From Mytilus trossulus (taxonomy: Eukaryota), in the NCBI RefSeq assembly GCF_036588685.1, contig NC_086382.1, positions 20,336,001 through 20,400,000 of the forward strand: a DNA stretch of 64,000 nt. The letters run 5' to 3'. Each line of letters opens with the position of its first letter. Positions within the stretch are counted from its first letter, which is position 1. Below the pieces are notes generated by a model. The model was not told the origin of the DNA and did not search any database. It was given only the letters and a program-made list of their open reading frames with translations. Made by a program: the position numbers and the translations under genes. This document shows, in pieces, positions 60,726 through 64,000 of the stretch.

Positions 60726-63492
60726 TTAAAGTAATAATATACATTTGATTGATCTGTGTGCTATGTATCTGTACTGTAAACTACATGCATAAGTATTGAT
60801 TTTTTTTTAAACTTTTTAGTTTAAATAAATACAATAATTGATTAACCCTTTGCTAAGAAGAATTTATTTTCTGCCCCAGAAAAAAAGACCCTCAAAAGGT
60901 TGCCTTGTACCAACACATAATTATTGTAAAAGACATACCTTTAGGATTTTGTTTTACCTTTTATATATATATATTTATATATAAACAAGTGTGGACACAG
61001 ATCAGTGTGGATAGTATGTTTGAACGTTTGACAGTGTTTTCTGACAAAAGGAGTTCTCTGGTTTTTCCCATAGGGTTCTATATTGTTAACTGTGTTGCAC
61101 AATGACAGCCAACCTGAGCATTAGGAGTGTTGATTATTTAATATTTAGTTTTTTTATGTTCAAGACTGTCATGGAAGAGACACCAACTGCATTGATTACC
61201 AAATGATTATGATAGCATATGTTTCACATCTTTGATTTCGGATACATTTTGTAGCCAGGAGAGGAACACATATTAGGTTCAATTGTTCATGATGTGTTTT
61301 TTTTATATGGGAGATGGTATCTGATAACATGTATTTGCGTACCATTTGTATGGTTCTATTTATGTTACTTTGTGGTGGATTTTCCCAGTATCATAAGTAA
61401 AAAAGTTCGTTTAAATGTTGAAATTATTTCTCAGATTAGAAGACATTTAATGGTTTTAATTAATGACAATGCCTGCCATAATGATTGGGGCTAGATGAGC
61501 TAGAAAGTAAACTTCTGTGGGTTTTTTTTTATTAATTCTTCGAAAAATATCTTCTCAAAAGCCGTGTGAAAGCAAAAAAATAGTTTCGACCAGTATGAAA
61601 ATGTCATCAACCAAAGAACCTTTGTGAGCATGCTTCAAAGACTCATAACTGCTACAGAAGTCATCTGACAAAATTTATAGTGGATATGAACATCTACTTA
61701 ATATGTCTAAATATCTAAATGTATTCGAAATGAAAAAGGTAGTGCAAAATTATTCTTGTTTATAATTTTTTTTGGTTATATATGGATACAAATATAAGTG
61801 ATACCAGTACTGTAAGGCAGTTTTGTTGTGGTATGAATGTGCAGTAAAACATTTACTGTTAATTCACACAAATCAAGAAATAAACGAATGAATGATAAAT
61901 GTTGAACAATAAAATATAATTTTATAAATCAATTAGGCCAGATAGGCCTTATGAATTTTGTTCTTTTTTATGTTAACATACTGAACGACCATTTACACTC
62001 AGGACTGAAAACCAAAAGGCAGTACAGATGTATAAAAGAAGTGTAACAAAACCACCTAGCATTATATTGCTAGTAGCACGAGTAGCATTGTTTAGTAAAT
62101 TTGTGCTTTTTTTTTTATTAATTTGGCTTCTGGACAAAAAATGTTATGTTCAAATCTAAATAAAATACTTATATCTCCCCATTACTACTTACATTGTACA
62201 TAGAATGGATACTACTTTGACAATTCCTTGTGCAGATGAGAGTTGTCCGTCAAATCTTTATTTCACAAAAACCGAAATGCATAACAATGAACTGAGCTGA
62301 AAGCAAAGCACTTTAATAATACACCTAGACAAAGAGCTCAACCCAGTGAAATACTTTGTTCTACAGGTCCTTCATGAACATCCATTCGCCATAACCACAT
62401 CTCACAAACATGTCATACCACATGGTTGGATTAGAAGTCCTGAAAAAGACATGATTTTTTTTTATCATATTTTCAGTATATATACACCGGTTAAAACTTT
62501 CACAAATTTGTGGTATTATCATTCGGTATCTAGCAACAAGTAACAATCGCTTCATGCACAAATTGATATAGGTTAAATGCCCCTCTGTCGGAAATAAGAG
62601 CATACCTCCACCTAATCGCAGTAAACTGGTGAAGAAACATTCAAAACTATAAAATGTTATTAGACTTCGTCAGTGTCTATTTATTTTACCATCACCTCTG
62701 AATCAATAATATATGTATATAGATATAGGAAGATGTGGTGTGAGTGCCAATGAGACAACTCTCCATCCAAACAACAATTCAAAAATTAAACCATTATAGG
62801 TTAAAGTACGGCCCATATATAGAAGACTAAAATTGACATCCGGCCTTTACTCAACCTTCATTCCTCAAGTGGATGTTCAAATCTGACATCATAATAAAAT
62901 AAGATTCCAAATCTACGACCAATGAAATACCAAAATTTACACAAAATATTTTAAATCTAGCAGATACATGTAATGATAATTCTTCTCAATAGTTCGCTAT
63001 ATTTTTTCTTATTTTGACTATTGTTCGATACTGTATATTGATCTCTAGATGTCTTTCAATTACATCCAGTTTAGTGTGAGGTTGATGTCTGATTGTTGCA
63101 CATGCAATATATCGATGTGGTTTTTATATAAATAACAACTATTCCCTTAAATTCAAATACAATGGATGTAAGAAATTATAGGCAACCATATCACCTGCAA
63201 AATTGGGAAAACACCATACCGTATATTGGGCTTAAAAGAGCCCAACATGCATGTTTCTATTGCGATACAGTTTTAAACTTTATATTGATAAGATTCAAAA
63301 TGTATTAAAAAACCTTTCAAGACATCATTATTATTTGCATTTTTTCTGTTGATTGAAAGTGGTATAAGAATGAATGAGATCTTATATATAATATATATAG
63401 TTCTGCTCAACAGTTTCATGTTAAATCATTTGTAGTAGGTTGTTTAAAGTTTGCAGCTTATTCAACTTCGAACATCTTTTTTCAGGTCTGCA

Positions 63493-63990
63493 ATCCATAT
63501 AAAAAATCAGAATATGTGGTATGATTGCCAATGAGCAACTATTCACAGAGGTTCAAATATTAAAGCATAATTATCATACAGCCTTCAAAAATGAGGAAAA
63601 CAGTCCCGACATGTAAAGTATGCAACAATTCAATTGAGAAAGGAATGGCCTGATTAACAACTGAACAACCAGTTGGGAACACCCCCCCCCCCCCTAAAAA
63701 GGAAAAAAGAAGATGTAGCCTTTTAAACTTATAAAGGGGGGTGGGGATTCATTACATTCGGAACGACTTTTCTAAAGGATGGATCCATATAAAATTAGAT
63801 ATGTGGTATGATTTATCATTGCCAATGAGTCTACTATCCACAGAGGTTCAAATGACAAAGCAATTATAGGTAACCATATAGAGCCTTCAAAAATGAGGAA
63901 AACAGTCCTGACATGAAAAATATTGAGAAAAGTAATGTCCAGATTTACAATTCAACTAATTAACATGTTGGACCCCCCCCCCCCCCCCCC
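63493..63990 (+). repeat. Tandem pair (~290-bp period) of a family A-derived segment ending in poly-C
   Basis: 'atccatataaaa...tatgtggtatgatt...cacagaggttcaaat...agccttcaaaaatgaggaaaacagtcc.gacatg...ccccc' occurs at ~63493 and ~63783. Confidence 0.75.
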
Positions 63991-64000
63991 ATAAAAAAAA

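Noticed and set aside
62221-62640. 80-aa minus-strand ORF as a host gene
   Set aside because: No domain recognised; at most a very decayed RT fragment, too weak to call.

Overview
AT-rich, repeat-dense eukaryotic DNA. The repeat families and gene types suggest a bivalve mollusc, probably a Mytilus mussel (inference from recognition, not a database search). The window holds an innate-immunity-type locus. Two intronless 735-aa Toll-like receptor paralogues lie on the - strand at 9.9-12.1 kb and 22.0-24.2 kb. A cluster of three spliced, secreted genes with a 10-Cys prokineticin/astakine (colipase-fold) domain lies at 30.7-44.0 kb; the ORF track shows these only in fragments. Two of the three fuse that domain to a single degenerate cadherin repeat and a Ser/Thr-rich tail, with no transmembrane segment, an architecture I do not recognise from any named family. 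Between the TLRs is a 3.3-copy, ~551-bp tandem array with one intact type I hammerhead ribozyme per full unit, flanked by a 12-bp target-site duplication (retrozyme or Penelope-type insertion). The remainder is a 1.69-kb tandem duplication, a frameshifted CR1/L2-group LINE joined directly to an LTR-less Ty3/gypsy internal region, several MITE/foldback elements and many dispersed repeat fragments. Most short ORFs in the track are spurious.
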